A DNA stretch of 64,000 bases from Haplodiscus bocki (taxonomy: Eukaryota). Below are positions 1-12,829 of this stretch, in pieces. The stretch is from positions 74,648,001-74,712,000 of the forward strand of contig OZ296650.1 of NCBI GenBank assembly GCA_965655095.1. The letters are read 5' to 3'. Numbering within the stretch: the first letter of the stretch is position 1; every line of letters begins with the position of its first letter. Position numbers and translations under genes: made by a program. The notes under the pieces are model-generated. The model was not told where the DNA came from. It saw nothing but the letters and a program-made list of their open reading frames with translations, and searched no databases.

Positions 1-729
1 TGCTATTGGGTTTTGCGTTCTTTTCTTAAGAAGCCTGAATATTAACTTGTGTATTTTTCCACATGATTTAAATGAGAGAAATAATGCTAAACAGTATATT
101 ACATCAGGGGTTTAAAACTTGAATTTAATAATGGCAGAGTTTGGCGCAAAGTATTTGCAGTACTTTATCAATCGATTTTCACAAGTTCTAATGAACTGCG
201 TGTTTTGTGGTGAGTGATCAATTATGGCTAGATGTTAGCGTAATTTTTCTTCCAGTTTCGTTTACTTCTTTCCGAACACCTCAATCACAACCGGAATGAT
301 ATTTCTAATCAGGTCTAGTTCAGCACCATAGTAGCTGCTGTTTGTTTTACACACTTTTGATGTGTGCCTGCTACTGGTGTTAATCACTAAAAAACACATG
401 CCACACAAACTAACACTGTGAAGCTAAGGATGGTTTTTTCATGTTCTTGCATATGCTTCCCACTGTTCGCTAATTTCTGTTTACCGAATTGTAATGTCAG
501 TGTCTGGCACAATTGAAGCGTCGTCTATTTCACTGATTATTGAAGGAGTTTGTATTGGATGTATTCAGAATAATGTTTCAGAGGAGAGTGTTGGTGGCTA
601 ACTTCGAATGTGTTTTTTTCTGGTTCCGTAATTAAATGGCTTTCTGTTGACTGATAAAAATTTTTTGAAAGAGTTCATGCAAAAAGCACAAACTGGAGTG
701 TTTTGAGGCAGAGTAGGGTTGACATGTGT

Positions 730-1156
730 TTTAAATATTTTGTAGTACATACTCAACTATTCATGAAGCAGTTGAAATTGATGCATCGTTTTCAAAGTTG
801 TATGAAAAACCAGTGGGATTGGTGATGCTGAACAAATTTCAGGCTTCAAAAATTGACGAAGAAAAATGCATCATCATCTCAATCACTTAAATTTGCCATT
901 ATGGCGGCAGCCGAAACTTAGACAAAACTTGATATGTTCTTTAAGTTTTCTTGCCTTGCGTGCACAAAAGACTCTTGTCAAAGGTCTTCTTTCCGTCAGA
1001 TGTTAACTTCAGACAATTGTTATACTTGATTGAAAACCTTAAAATTTGTCTCTGAAGCAGTTTACTCACAGCGTCTGTTCCAGGGGCAAGACAGTTCAAA
1101 ATTGTTTTGCTCAGTTGGAAATTGTTTCGCCTTTTCAATATTTGAACTTTATGCAT
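730..1156 (-). pseudogene. Macrodomain (OARD1/TARG1/Poa1p-like) relic
   Basis: ORF 941-1156 NNFQLSKTILNCLAPGTDAVSKLLQRQI resembles the G-D-(L/I)-F..(S/A)-L-A-H-C-(V/I)-S-x-D-x-x-M-x-x-G-I-A-x-x-F start of this family. Broken downstream frames (SITNPTGFS...IVEYVLQN) fit the P-x-I-G-x-G-L-D..W..V...I C-terminus. Confidence 0.45.
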
Positions 1157-4100
1157 CTAGCGTTCATTTTGTGTTGAACTGAGCCTTTTTCTATACAGCG
1201 CCTGGAAAAGTGTTATTTTTTGGGGAGTTCATTCCGAAGTCCAAGGTCAAAAACCGTTTTTCTTATTTGTTTTCCTTCGCTAGTTCCTCTAGTTCGTAAT
1301 GCCTACAGCTTCAAACGTGGCAATTGTTCGCTGAATTGGGGAAAGGCAGGCAGGTCACGGAAGGTACACCTCATTGCCTACCGGTTCCGTCGTTTGTGGT
1401 TTTCTATTTTTCTCATTCGTCTGAAACTTTCTTTATACTTGTCATCAGCTCACTGATTTGAAACTGAGACACCACCAACCCGACAGCATCATCTCTCCCG
1501 TTGAGCAAGGGTTTGTAGGAGTTTTGTTATTGGTTGTCATTCAACACAAACGTAGAAGATATTTGAAAGTTCATGTTACCACCCATCATCCTGAACGCTA
1601 TGATTGTACGATGTGAGACACCACGTCATCTGATTGGCCGCTGTTAAAGTTTGCGCTTCATTTTTTTTCAAGCTGTTTTTTACCTAATTCATTGATAACC
1701 ACTAATCTTGGCCTCAGTATGAGCCAACGAAGCTTTTGAGTAAGTAGTCAGTCAGCACGTTGGTTCCTGTTTCTGCATCGATTTTGTAATTTTTGCCCTC
1801 GCTCATTTCGTTCTGTGAAACGTATTTTAAAGCGCATTAGGAACACTACAATAGGGTCGGAGAAAAACATTCAACATTGGAATAGGGTCTCATTGGAATT
1901 CCTTTGGAAAATTGTTCGGACTTTTTTTTCGTTTAAGTGAGGTTTGTTTTTGTGTCTTGAGTAAGTGACTAGCTCGTAGTTTTTGAAACTTCTTGTGACC
2001 GACAATAATTTCAATGATTTGACCACTCTAGCAGCGTTGCGTTCGCTTAGTTGATTTGATATACCTTTAATTTTGTTCTCTGCTCTGATGACCTTGTTGC
2101 AATTGATACAAGTATTTGGATCTGTTTGCAAACAATTGCTTTCACTGAAAGCGATGTTTGTTATACCAGGGTCTTTGAAAAGATGGATAGGCTGTTTAGC
2201 ACTTTCTTTCGAACTCTATTAAAATTAAGCAAAGAAAGAAGTTTGTGGAGGAATTTTTTAGTCGTGTCTGTTGAGACTGTTGTGATTGCTACACAAGTGG
2301 AGTGCAATAGTGTTTTCATTGCTTTTCAGCGGGTTAGAAGGTTCAATTCAGGCTTCTAGTTCTGGAGCCTTTGGTTTCTTCCATTGAATTCAATCTCTTT
2401 TCTTCATTTCATTTTACTATGCCAACAGATAGCAACCTTCGGCCGATTGATTGCCTGACTCTGCAAGATCAGTATTGTTGTGAAATTTTTGGTGCCAGTA
2501 GCACTCTGGGTCAATGGCTCCAATAGACAGTCAATGGATCTTTCGGTTACTTTTTCAATTTTTTATATTTTAGGTGTGCTCTCTGTCGCCTCGCCAGTTT
2601 CCTTTCTTCGTTCTATTCTGATACGTTTGACACTACTTTAGCTTCATCATCATTCCATCTTGTTTACCGCACAGTGATGGCAGCCCACCAATGGCTGGAC
2701 TTAGTGTGACAAGCATTGAAGGTTTGGTCGTTAGTTGTCTTATCTACGGTCACACTTTTTCCACCTGCCGGGGTAGCCGTCGCTTTTCATATCCCTGCAT
2801 CTTCCAATATGCCATCCTTGTCTCAGAGTTGTGCTATCTCCCAGAATATTATTCGTAACCGATGGCTCCACCGTCGTTGGTGAGAAACAGCTGCTTTACT
2901 AGAAGAAATCCTTATCGCAGGTCTATCGTCATTGCTTGAAACGACTGCTGTTGGTTCTGTCACTCCTCACTCAGTTACCTGGCCTCTTCCCCCTCTGCAA
3001 GATTTTTGTGTCAGATCCGGCATAAAACCAGGCAAATCAGAATAGATTGATTTTCAAATTGGGACAAGGTTGTGTTGTGTTGACGCTTCGCTCACCATGA
3101 AGAACTTGATTTTTTTGTGATGTTCTTGAATTGGACTGAGTGAAAAACCTAAAAAAGTGATGCGTTAGGCTAGTGTAGAGTATTAAGATTTCTGACTGGT
3201 TCGCTATCTTTCAGAACAACGGTCACAGTTGCTTAGGCGGCGCTACTTATTGGACGGAAAAGTGTCAGTCTGGGTGGGCATATCATGCTCATACCTCGTT
3301 GGGGTCGCTTCTACACAGTCCAGGCTGTGCAAAATGGATCTGTCTAAACTGATGGGAGGGCCCATTGCACCTCAATAGCACTATTGAGGAAAGCAGCACC
3401 AGTTGAAGGAAATGACTCTCCGTTTCCATTTCCAGAAGCCCTTAGCAAACAGGGACTATTCGGAGCCACACAAGAGCATATTGGGCAGAGGATTGCAGTT
3501 GCTGAGTTCCATACGTTTACTTGTAATCGGTGTATCAATAAGTGGCAATCACTTGTTGGATGCATTAAATGAGATAGAGCAGAACATCAGACGACAGATA
3601 CAATCACGATGAGCTGTCAAGACATCTTTTTTATCCGCCAGTCTATCAAAGGTCTGGTCAGCAGAGTTGGGTTGCATACGCCCATGCGGTCAGTTGAAAA
3701 ATTGGAGGTAAAATTTTTGCTCTTTTAGCACTTTCGGTGTCGGATCCTTAACGTCCCAGCAAATCAAGCATGTACGGCCCAATGCATTTTCAGATAAGGC
3801 ATTTTCAAAAAATATGAACATTTTGTGTTGAGTTTCTGATGCGAAAAAAAAATCGTGGAAAACAAAACGAAACGCGAAAAGTTGGTTAGGAAAAACATGA
3901 AAAGTAGAAGAGGTTTACGACAAGTGCGATTAAATTGTTGCATGAAAGCTTGAAAAAACAATATTTATTGAGAATGATTTAGCGAGAAGTCATGTAACTG
4001 CATTGAAGGTTTAGTGTTGCCTGTGTCTTTTTAGCATCATCATCACACGGTAATTCCTGCTGTTGGGGAGAACGTTTAATGTGTTTAGTTAGCAGGAATG

Positions 4101-4793
4101 TCTCTTCTTTTCACGTTGCTAGACTTGGCGCGTCAGGTACTTATCGATGGGCTGTATGGATGAAAGCACGTTGAAAATTTCGTTCTGTACACCATCGCAG
4201 TTGAATCGTCGTGTGAGGGAGACGTGCTGGAAGTTCAAACTTTTGGTTCATAACGTTGAAATGCGGTGAGTGACTTTCAAATATTGGTAGCCGAGAACGT
4301 GGGACACTTTTCCGAACTGGTCGCCCAGGTAGTTGAGTTGTTGGCAACTCTCTATTCTTGCCAAAAGAGACCTGAATTGGTGACTAATAGGATTCGCGGC
4401 ATCAGCTACGGCCATTTCATAGATGTTGATACTTACGGAAATGTGGACTATGTCAGCATAATTCTGTTGTCAGGCCGGAAGGCTAAGCTTCTGGTAAAAT
4501 TTCGGACAAGAAAACTGTTTTTATGATTTTTCTGCAAGATAAGGGTGATTTAAAGGTGGTGAACGTCAAAATATAGAAGGAGCCGCAAAAAAGCAGAGAA
4601 AAAACAAACAACGATTAGTGGCAGCCAGTAATTGAGATAAACTAAGTGTGATTGATCTAGAGCAAAAGACGGAAGTGGGGATCTTTGGGGTCCTTGAATA
4701 GGTTTAATTTTACTGATATTGTTCTAACACTCCTTGCGTTTATGCATACCGTTTCGCAAATAGGTTTTTTTCATGTAAGTGATAGTTGAAACA

Positions 4794-5260
4794 CTAGGAC
4801 CACTTGCTGGCAGATTGAAAGGACAATATAGGATCCTTTGAAACTCGTTGATAAAAAAGCTTGCGCATTCGATGCATGTTTGTTGTGAAAATTGCTCGGA
4901 AAATGACTCTTAGAGGATACGAATTTCTTTTTGCGAAAGTGTGGATGGAGTTTGTCAGCGAGTCAGAACGATGCGTGCCTCTTTTGCACTGTTGGTTTCC
5001 CTTGTCGAAATCAGTACTTAATTGAAGAGGTGAGAATAGCCAACTATAACTTTTGAAAAACGACATCCAAAAAGAAGAAACAACAGTGTTTAAAAACAAG
5101 TGATTTAAAGCGCAGTATAGGCTTCTATGAAATTCGGGAATAAATTGGTTTGCACAGTCTATGAAAAGTTGCTGTAAGGATTTGTTCCAGCCACAGAGAA
5201 TTGTCTGCGCAACGTGGAAGCAATGGACCACTGCATCTGTTCCTAGCTCAACAAGGCTTG
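4794..5260 (-). pseudogene. Macrodomain (OARD1/TARG1/Poa1p-like) relic
   Basis: LGTDAVVHCFHVAQTILCGWNKSLQQLF matches the AHC..D..M..GIA..F motif. An alternative frame gives LFN*V (IYNLVTK-like), and SLTNSIHTFAK matches HA..NNI..IAMP. Confidence 0.55.
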
Positions 5261-5729
5261 TGCATCCTTATATGGCATTGGTCATCACGCTTGAATCAAC
5301 GTCTGTCACAGAAAACTTTCAAGCACTGTTGTCTGAGTGAGGAAACGACACCCGTAGTACAGTTCAGGTTCTCTGCACAGTTTGCTCTTTTTCGTTGGTT
5401 GACGACGTGGAAAAAGCTCCGAGTTGTGATCAGGCCAGTTCGGATTGCTTCGGTTCGACGAGAAAAAAAGTAGTTGTCATTGATTCCACTTCATTGAAAT
5501 CTTTTTTGCAAAAGTAGTCGCGGGTTGTTACCAAAAAACGTCATCAATCTAAAAGGCTCGTTGTCAGTGATGGGAATACTGACAGCCAAAAAGATGGAGA
5601 GGCTGGGATCACAGCGAGTGAAAATGCAGAAGCAGTAATGGTAGACAGAAATCAGTTAGTACGTTGTTCCTGATGTAATATTCATTTTCTTTGCCTGAGA
5701 CAGTTGGATGAAGCCGTTGCGTTCAAGGA

Positions 5730-6191
5730 AGTGAAAAGTCTGACAGTGGCGAAAATTGGATTTTCAGTGACTCTCAGACAAGTTTATAAAACCTCGGTGA
5801 AAGTTTCGTTTTGGAACTTTTGGAGTTTTCGAAAAGTTCCAGCTGAATGACGAGGGGTTGGAATCATGCTAAGTTACATACTCAGGACCTAAGATTTTAA
5901 ATAATGCTGAAGCGAGAAATTTTGTTTCTTTAAGAATATAATAGTTGTTAATATTTGTTTGAAAACTCTTTTATGGCTTTCAGGCAGAGGCGTGTGGCTT
6001 CTGTCTATTGTCATGTCAAGAGGAGCGTTGTATGTATGTTGTGTTGAGGCGTACTGAAAAAGTATCTCAGCTGGATTTTGTTTTCCAAAGAAAGTATCAA
6101 TGCGCGGTTTTTCAAAAAAAATCGAGGATGATCTGTGCAGACTTATGCTACAACTGCAACGACCGGTAGATCCAATCGATTCGTGAGACAA
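5730..6191 (-). pseudogene. Possible third, more diverged macrodomain-like relic
   Basis: PLPESHKRVFKQILTTIIFLKKQNFSLQHYLKS weakly resembles the ..R(F/Y)IYNLVTK..F..KP....L..AL segment. Weak match. Confidence 0.25.
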
Positions 6192-6799
6192 ATAAGGAAC
6201 AGCATCTCCAAAACCTTGTGCAATCAGTTGAAACTGACAGTCTGTACGTCATGCAGCTTTGTTCATCATGAGTTTCGCCGGTGTGGTTTTTTTAAACTTG
6301 AGCATCACTTAATTTGGCAAGACACACGTTTCAGTATTTTGACCTGGTTCTCAAAAGGAGATAGGTGTTCGTGATGCTAGATTCGGGGATTTTGATGACT
6401 GGTTTTTGGTGAATGTAAATTAGGACTCATATCACGTACACTTGGGCTCACTTGGGGATGAAGTGACTTGAAGAAAAGGAGTGTAATGCTAAACATCCCC
6501 AACTAAAGAGATTGAAGAACGTGCTGAGAAAATTCATGGCTTCAAGCTATACAGTCATCGACATATTACGCAGGTTCGCGAATTATCTCCTGGTTGGAAC
6601 CGGGTGATGTCACAACTCAAAACGGTTTTGTTGACTAAAAACAGTTGATGTGCCAAACTCAAAGGAAAGGAGAACACCTGAAGGATTCTCATTGTCAAGT
6701 TCAACGGTGAGTGAAGCTTGTTTGTGATTTTTTGTGACTCGACCCGACATTTTAGCAATGAGTGATTTTTGTTTGTTAATCACATTGGAAGAAGTGTAC

Positions 6800-8000
6800 T
6801 ACTGGCAATCTTCACCTTCATTATCAGGGACTCTATCGTATGGAATGAATTTGCAGAGTTGCTTGCGTGCGCGCATTGTGTCTTGAGTGAGCAAAACTCC
6901 TAACAAGTTATATCGAGTGTGAAAATACTTGCTTCATATTGTACGTATCTTTCCAGAAGAGCGTCGTGAACTGCGTTCTACCGGAATGTGTGGTGTACTT
7001 AGGAACGTGTGGTTTCTTACTTTCAGAGGCTGAATCTTGGTTTTTCAGTCCTAATCGTTCACCAGGCTGTGGTCTATTCCAGACAACTTTGTTTTGGCTT
7101 CCTCGTTGCATTTGTTGAACTTTGTTGACCAATGTGGTGGGGTTGGTCGAGCTTCAAAAGCTTTTTATAAGTTTACTAAAATTTAGTTCGAGTGCGTTGC
7201 GTGGAAGTCGTTTTTTTGAAAATTTATATTGGTGTACAAGTAAAAGGATTTGTGGAAAGTGTTGTTCTGGGCCAAAACTGCTAAGTTAACATATTAATCC
7301 AAGTAACGTGTATCAGTTGAGACGATAACTTCCAGATTCTGTTCCAACTATTGATGATGACTTCAAAGCAGCAAAGTTTACTGACACAGTGAAATTTCTC
7401 GTTTCCGGTGCTTGCATCAAATTATTGATTACCTCTGAGAAAAAGGTACTGCCCTCCTCACTGAGAATGTGTCGAGGTACGTATGCAGGCTGTGAGATAA
7501 TCTTAGACAATCTGTGGACTAGGGAGCTAGCGTGTAGTTCTCGGGGTGTTTTTTTGAATTGGTAGTCGGAAAACGCAACAGAGGCAGTCACAACATTGCT
7601 AAAACCGTTTGAGGTTTGTAGATTACTTACCAGATGAATCCGCATGATACATTCAAAGCCATCACAAGCGTCAAAAATTCGTGCTGTAAAGGAACGAAAA
7701 CTAGTGTTTTTACAGGGCTGAGTCTCGACACGCAGTCGACAGTTGTTGATGTAGGTTTGGTTGGCAAGAGCTAAGTTTGTTGCGAGAAAACGCTTTAAGA
7801 TTATAGTTGTCCAAACAATCTTCGTGTGCACGAATGTCCTTGCATTGGGTTTTTTGGCAGTGTCCGGGATATGTCATCAACCATGGGGTCGGAGACTGAA
7901 ATTCTCGAATAAAAGACATTACTTGTGTTTTCAAACACTTGCTGTAGATAACGTCATCAACTACTTGATTCTTGGTTTTTGTTATGGTTCTCGATAGTTA
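6800..8000 (-). pseudogene. Gypsy integrase (rve core + GPY/F C-terminus), degenerate
   Basis: ORF 7313-7831 MRIHLVSNLQTSNGFSNVVTASVAFSDYQF..P...ASSLVHRL..I..Q.AYVPRHILSEEGSTFFSEVI matches the IDLVG.LP.SNG...ILT..D.FS.Y.FA.P / P..I.SD.G..F.S rve pattern. FWKDTYNMKQVFS near 6950 matches W.GPY.V..V.S. Confidence 0.85.
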
Positions 8001-8399
8001 CTGTAAAAACCTGCCTCTGAAGCTGACGTGGATAATTGGGACTCCGCTGTCGGAGATGACGTGGATAATCGTTTGACTGTCAGGTTCTGTGAGCTGTGCT
8101 ATAAACACATGGGCTTTGGTTTGAGGTTAACCTGGTTCACTACGTGATGGTAAGGCGATGTTTCGGCATCAGACTAATTGAACCAGTCAGTGTCACAAAA
8201 GGTGCCCGTTGCTGATTTTTGAGCAGCTGTTGGATGAATTTTTCTTTGCCTCGCTGTGCTTTGTCACATTTTCATCCTGGTTTGGAGACTGTCGCCATAA
8301 TCGCGTGGTATTGCGTTTGAAACAAACTCGAAGGCAAGACCTGCTCTGGTGAGATCACTTCGTAGTTTTTGAACTATCCTGTTTCCTCAGCCTCCTTCG

Positions 8400-9520
8400 G
8401 TGTTTCTTAAGCCCTGTCTTTTTCAATGTTGTGAAATTTGATTTGTTGCAGAGTTATCTCTTAGTACATTGAGGTTCTCTCAACACTGGACGATTCGCTG
8501 CCAAACTTATCAAATGCAAGACGTACCGTATACAATCCCGTTTCCGCAAGGTGTGAAGGAGAGACAGAGAAAGAGAAACTTTTGTCCGGTGATGAATCGC
8601 CTAGGACCGAAACATCAGAGGCATCGACCTCAACCTGCTATCTGTTGGTTTCAGTTGCAATTTCGATCGGCAAAACATTGACTGCCGTGCGTTTGGTAGC
8701 GTCAAGAATGACGACTTGCTATTTGTTTTTTGGATGCAGACATCAAGGAGGAGAAGTTGTTGGCAGGTTGGGGGGCTACGTTTTTTTGAAGGTCAAAAAT
8801 GGTGCTTTATTGTATTGCAATAACTGAAATTTGACGCGTTTTCGGCCAAATTGAATCAAAGGTTTCAGTTTATTGGTGCCGCGGGTTCCTTTTGCTTTTG
8901 AGTTTTTACAAAATTTGTTCACATTCGCATGGACTTCACAGTTGAAGCAAGATGAGGTTTGTTTATTTTCTGTTATTGCTTCGGAAAGAAGTAATTACTG
9001 CTTGTTGATGGTTTGTCAAACCTTTCAGTTTTGTCTTCGACAAACGTATTTTTGATCGTTGATAGTTTCCTCCGCCTAATAACAGATTCAATGTTTTACA
9101 GTTATTGTTCTGTAATCTGAGCAGCTTTGCATAATTGCTCATGATACGGTTTTCATCTATCAACTTGAAATACGAAGTCAAGAGACTCGCCAACGACACT
9201 CCTAGACGCTGACAATCTCCTGTTCAAGCATTGTGCAGGCCACAGACTTGCAGGATTTCACGCGCTGAAACTGAAAAACAATGACGACTATGGTTGCCCG
9301 TCTTCAATCTGGATGCATTCGAAGGCTTCAGAACTATCAACAAACGAAAGTTTTGTACGGCTTCACATACGGAAAAAAACTTACATATGGCGTCTTCCAT
9401 GTTCGTCGCAACGGATATACTTCGAAGTTCAAAAGATAAGCTTACGGCTGGAAAATTTCGGTGATAATTTACCAACAACCGTTCTTTGACAATTCGTTCT
9501 TCGGGTGTCGGTTAAAATTC
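8400..9520 (-). pseudogene. Gypsy reverse transcriptase / RNase H, degenerate
   Basis: 8719-8662 (-) reads QVVILDATKRTAVNVLPIE, matching the Gypsy RNase H start (F.I.CDAS..AAG.VL.IE). Upstream fragments resemble the RT thumb and the LLVEYHDIF-type N-terminus. Confidence 0.7.
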
Positions 9521-10169
9521 GCCTTGAGTTTTTTGATCAAAAATGCCTTCTTCTGGTGACTATTCACGCTGAGATCCAGTTTCTCGAGCTCGCTTAGTTC
9601 GTGTATCTTTTTTTACACGCGTCTTTCAATCAAAGGGGTTGAAGTGGGTGGAACCACAAACGTCTCAGACGAGGGTGACAACCTTGTCCAATGTCAGTGC
9701 TTCCAATGAAAATATTAGTTGGTTGATGACATTCGAAGCTAAATCTGGGTATGGAGGTAGCAGAGTTTTTAAGTGCCGTTACAACAACTCGACATGGATA
9801 GCTTGTCCGGGCGTCAGATTCGTAAGGTTTGTAACTACTATCCTTTAGCTGTAGGTGAAAGATTATTTTTCGAAGAATGAATTTTCGATCAGATTGCTGC
9901 TCATAGTTTTCTCTGAAACTTTATCATCACGGAACAACCGGAAAAATTTTTTGGGACTGTTACTATGCTGGCAATCAGAATATGTTTCGTGGGGCAGGTA
10001 CTTTATCCATCAAGTTCAGGGGGTTCAAGACTTCAGCGTAGTTCTTCTTGTGACAGCTTTATTTGGAAAGTGTTATTCAACATGCGAACTTTTTTACCAA
10101 GTCTCAGTAGCAGTTAGTTTTCGTATTTTAGTGTCTAGTTCCTTGTTGTGACTCAGATGTTTCTGCTTT

Positions 10170-11300
10170 ATGCTAGTGCTGTAACCACAACACAAATTTG
10201 GACGCTTTCTTGAAAGTGAGGTTTTCTTTTTCTTGGACTGTCGTTAGTTGTTTCTTCGAATTGTTGTCGTCTTGTTTCAATGGCCTCATTTCCGGCAAAA
10301 TTTTTTCTTTTGTTGAAGTGATAAACGTTTTTAGGTACTTGAACCACTTCAAAGCTTTTGTTCTAGGTACAGATCTCCTTAGGATGCTGAGGACATCCTT
10401 CGGTTTTACTGATTTCATTTTTTGGTTTTTATGACTGTTTGATTGTATGTTTTGGACCACGTGCACATTTTACGTCAGGGTTTTTGGTTTTTTTAGTTGT
10501 TTGCTGGGATTAGCTTGGGAGCAATATCTAAAGTCTGATCGTGTGCTTATTTGACAAGTTTCGCGTGGTGGGCTGTTCAGAATCTTCTTAGATTTGCAGT
10601 TTCTTGAACTATTATCTGAAACTTCTTTTAATTTTGTGCTGCCTTTTGTTCTTTTGTTTGCTGTAGAAAAGGCTGCGTTAGATTGAACCTCCTCTCGAAG
10701 GTTGTATGCAGCTGCCTAATGAATATCCATTGCAATCCCAGTTTTAGCAGATAAGCTCTGAATCGTATTTCGGTTTTTTGTTTAGGGATAGTCTTTTTCC
10801 CATGGTCCATTTTTCTGGAGTTGGTCACGTTTCTCGGATGCGCATTGGTTCTCACGTTTGCCTCATCTGCTGCAGTAATGATACCGTCAAACATGGATTT
10901 GTCCTCAGCTTTAGTGCCATAGGATCAGCGTGTTCGTTGGTTGCTGAACAGTTCTCCGAAAGGTTGCTGCTTTGTTGTCTACGAGAAGAGTTGCTGATAC
11001 AGGATTCTTTGATGGATGAAAGTTGTTGAGCTGCACGCTTGCGTTTAAGTTCCTCACTGTTGAGAGTTCGTGTTCGTTTTGGACGTGGAGTTTTCCATTG
11101 TTCTCCAAATATAAAGATTCTGTCGTGAAAGACTTGTTTGAATGTTTTTGCCAGGTCTTCAAGACTCCAGAGAAAGTTACTCCGGCGGTGTTGTCAACCA
11201 GTTGGTTCCATTTTAGTTTGGAGAGCTGATTGAATTGACCGTTGTAGAATTCTTAACGATACCTGTTGAGAACACTTTCTGATTTCAGAGGAACTGCGCA
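10170..11300 (-). pseudogene. Gypsy gag-like region, degenerate
   Basis: Lies upstream of pol, with broken basic and helical ORF fragments (10173-10466, 10628-10894, 10911-11162). Assignment is mainly positional. Confidence 0.45.
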
Positions 11301-12829
11301 GTAGTTATCAGAAGTCGGTAACCTCTTCTCTCAGAAGTCACGAGTTAATAGCACTTAGTCTCTTCGAAGATGCCATGCTGATGGGGGACGTTATTGATTG
11401 GAAAGAACAGGGTCAAAGTCGTGAAACTTGTCTTTTGAGGTTGTGAAAATGGAGATCTGAGTGTTCAACATGCAATTTGGAGTAGTAGAACTTTGATTTA
11501 TGTATGGCAAGTTGTTGTGATGTCTGACCCATAGCTGACTGAGTCATTCTCGTCATCCAAGATGAGTTGTCTCTGTTTGCTGGGGTTGTTGACTAAAGAT
11601 GTCATCCTTTGTCCTATGCTGTGAGTTGGTTCAGTGGTCCTGTCATCTTATCAGACTGACTGCCGGAGTTTTTTGAAGGTCTTTGCCCCAGTTTCTTATC
11701 TTTTTTGTTACGTCTTGAATATATGTATCTCACGTCTTATATGAGACCGCAGAGAGGTTTTAGTTGTTTCATCGGGGGTTAATTGCAGCCGTAGTCTATC
11801 TGGACGTATTCTCAGACGTCGCAAAATATCTTGTTTGTTCTTTTCATTGCTTACATCCAGCTTGTCCTTTCCATATAAACTATAGTTCTCTTCGTCATCA
11901 TCATTTGAATACGCTGCATGGGGATGAGTTGGGCACAACTGATTTTTTCAGAAATTTTTTGGTTCAGGAATATGACTCAGAAGTGCAAAGAGCACAGTTT
12001 TCGTAACACTTTTTTTACACAGTGTTATGTAAGGATTAAGGATAGCAAAAGTTCAGGTTACGTTGGGTTTCAACCTTACAGTGAGTTCCTTTGAGCCCTA
12101 TCAAGTAGCGTAATCTATGCTTTGTGACCAACTTTTGTTAGTTCATAGCCTGATTTTATGCTCAACAATTTTTGGTTATCTGCTCTGGAACTTCGTTCAA
12201 CACCTTGGTGGTAGCGCTAATCAGAACTGATTTGTGACACGAGGACGGCAGATTCAAAATGCACTCTGACTGGACGATTAAGGAAGTCCATTGTAGCCAA
12301 AGGTCTGAAAATTGGCCAAAAGGTTTGTCTCTTGTGGCTGAAAAAGCTTTTAGAGCACTGGCACATGACTGTCACCTCGTCAGCTCTTTTTCTGGTTGAC
12401 AAAATATTGATGTCTAGCACGTTTGACAAACCTCGTTAAATTTTTTCAGTACTATTGTTTGTTTTTGAAGCGTGCCAATTCACAACTAGCACGGGAGTCA
12501 AGGGTTAATTTGCAGTCGATCATTATTGCTTCATTATGTGGTGTTTCCACGTGGGCTGTTCATGGTGTTAAACGATTTTTTAGGCCAGGAACGCAAAATA
12601 AACTAAAGTAGTGCTTGGTGGCGCTATATAGTGCATCATCGCGTTCTTATCAGTAGGTAAAAAGTCAGTAGTGGCGTTTCTTTCGAGATTTGTTTATGAA
12701 GCTGTTTAAAATGCTTATGTTTTTTTGATGATAGTTAATAAATAAAGGGCTTGATAATAAGAGATAGACTAATTGCCTGTTATCTTACAAAGTTTATGTT
12801 TCAAACAGCGTTCAACTTCTCCGAAAATT

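Larger units (their letters stand above)
1..12700 (-). mobile_element. Degenerate Ty3/Gypsy LTR retrotransposon with long 3' accessory region (boundaries approximate; continues off the left edge)
   Basis: On the - strand the order is gag-like (~11300-10170), RT/RNase H (~9500-8400), integrase (~8000-6800), which is the Gypsy order. Stops and frameshifts are frequent. LTRs were not identified. Confidence 0.8.

Noticed and set aside
12000-12700. 5' LTR and primer-binding site of the Gypsy element
   Set aside because: No convincing TG..CA boundary or TGG PBS, and no second LTR in the window for comparison.
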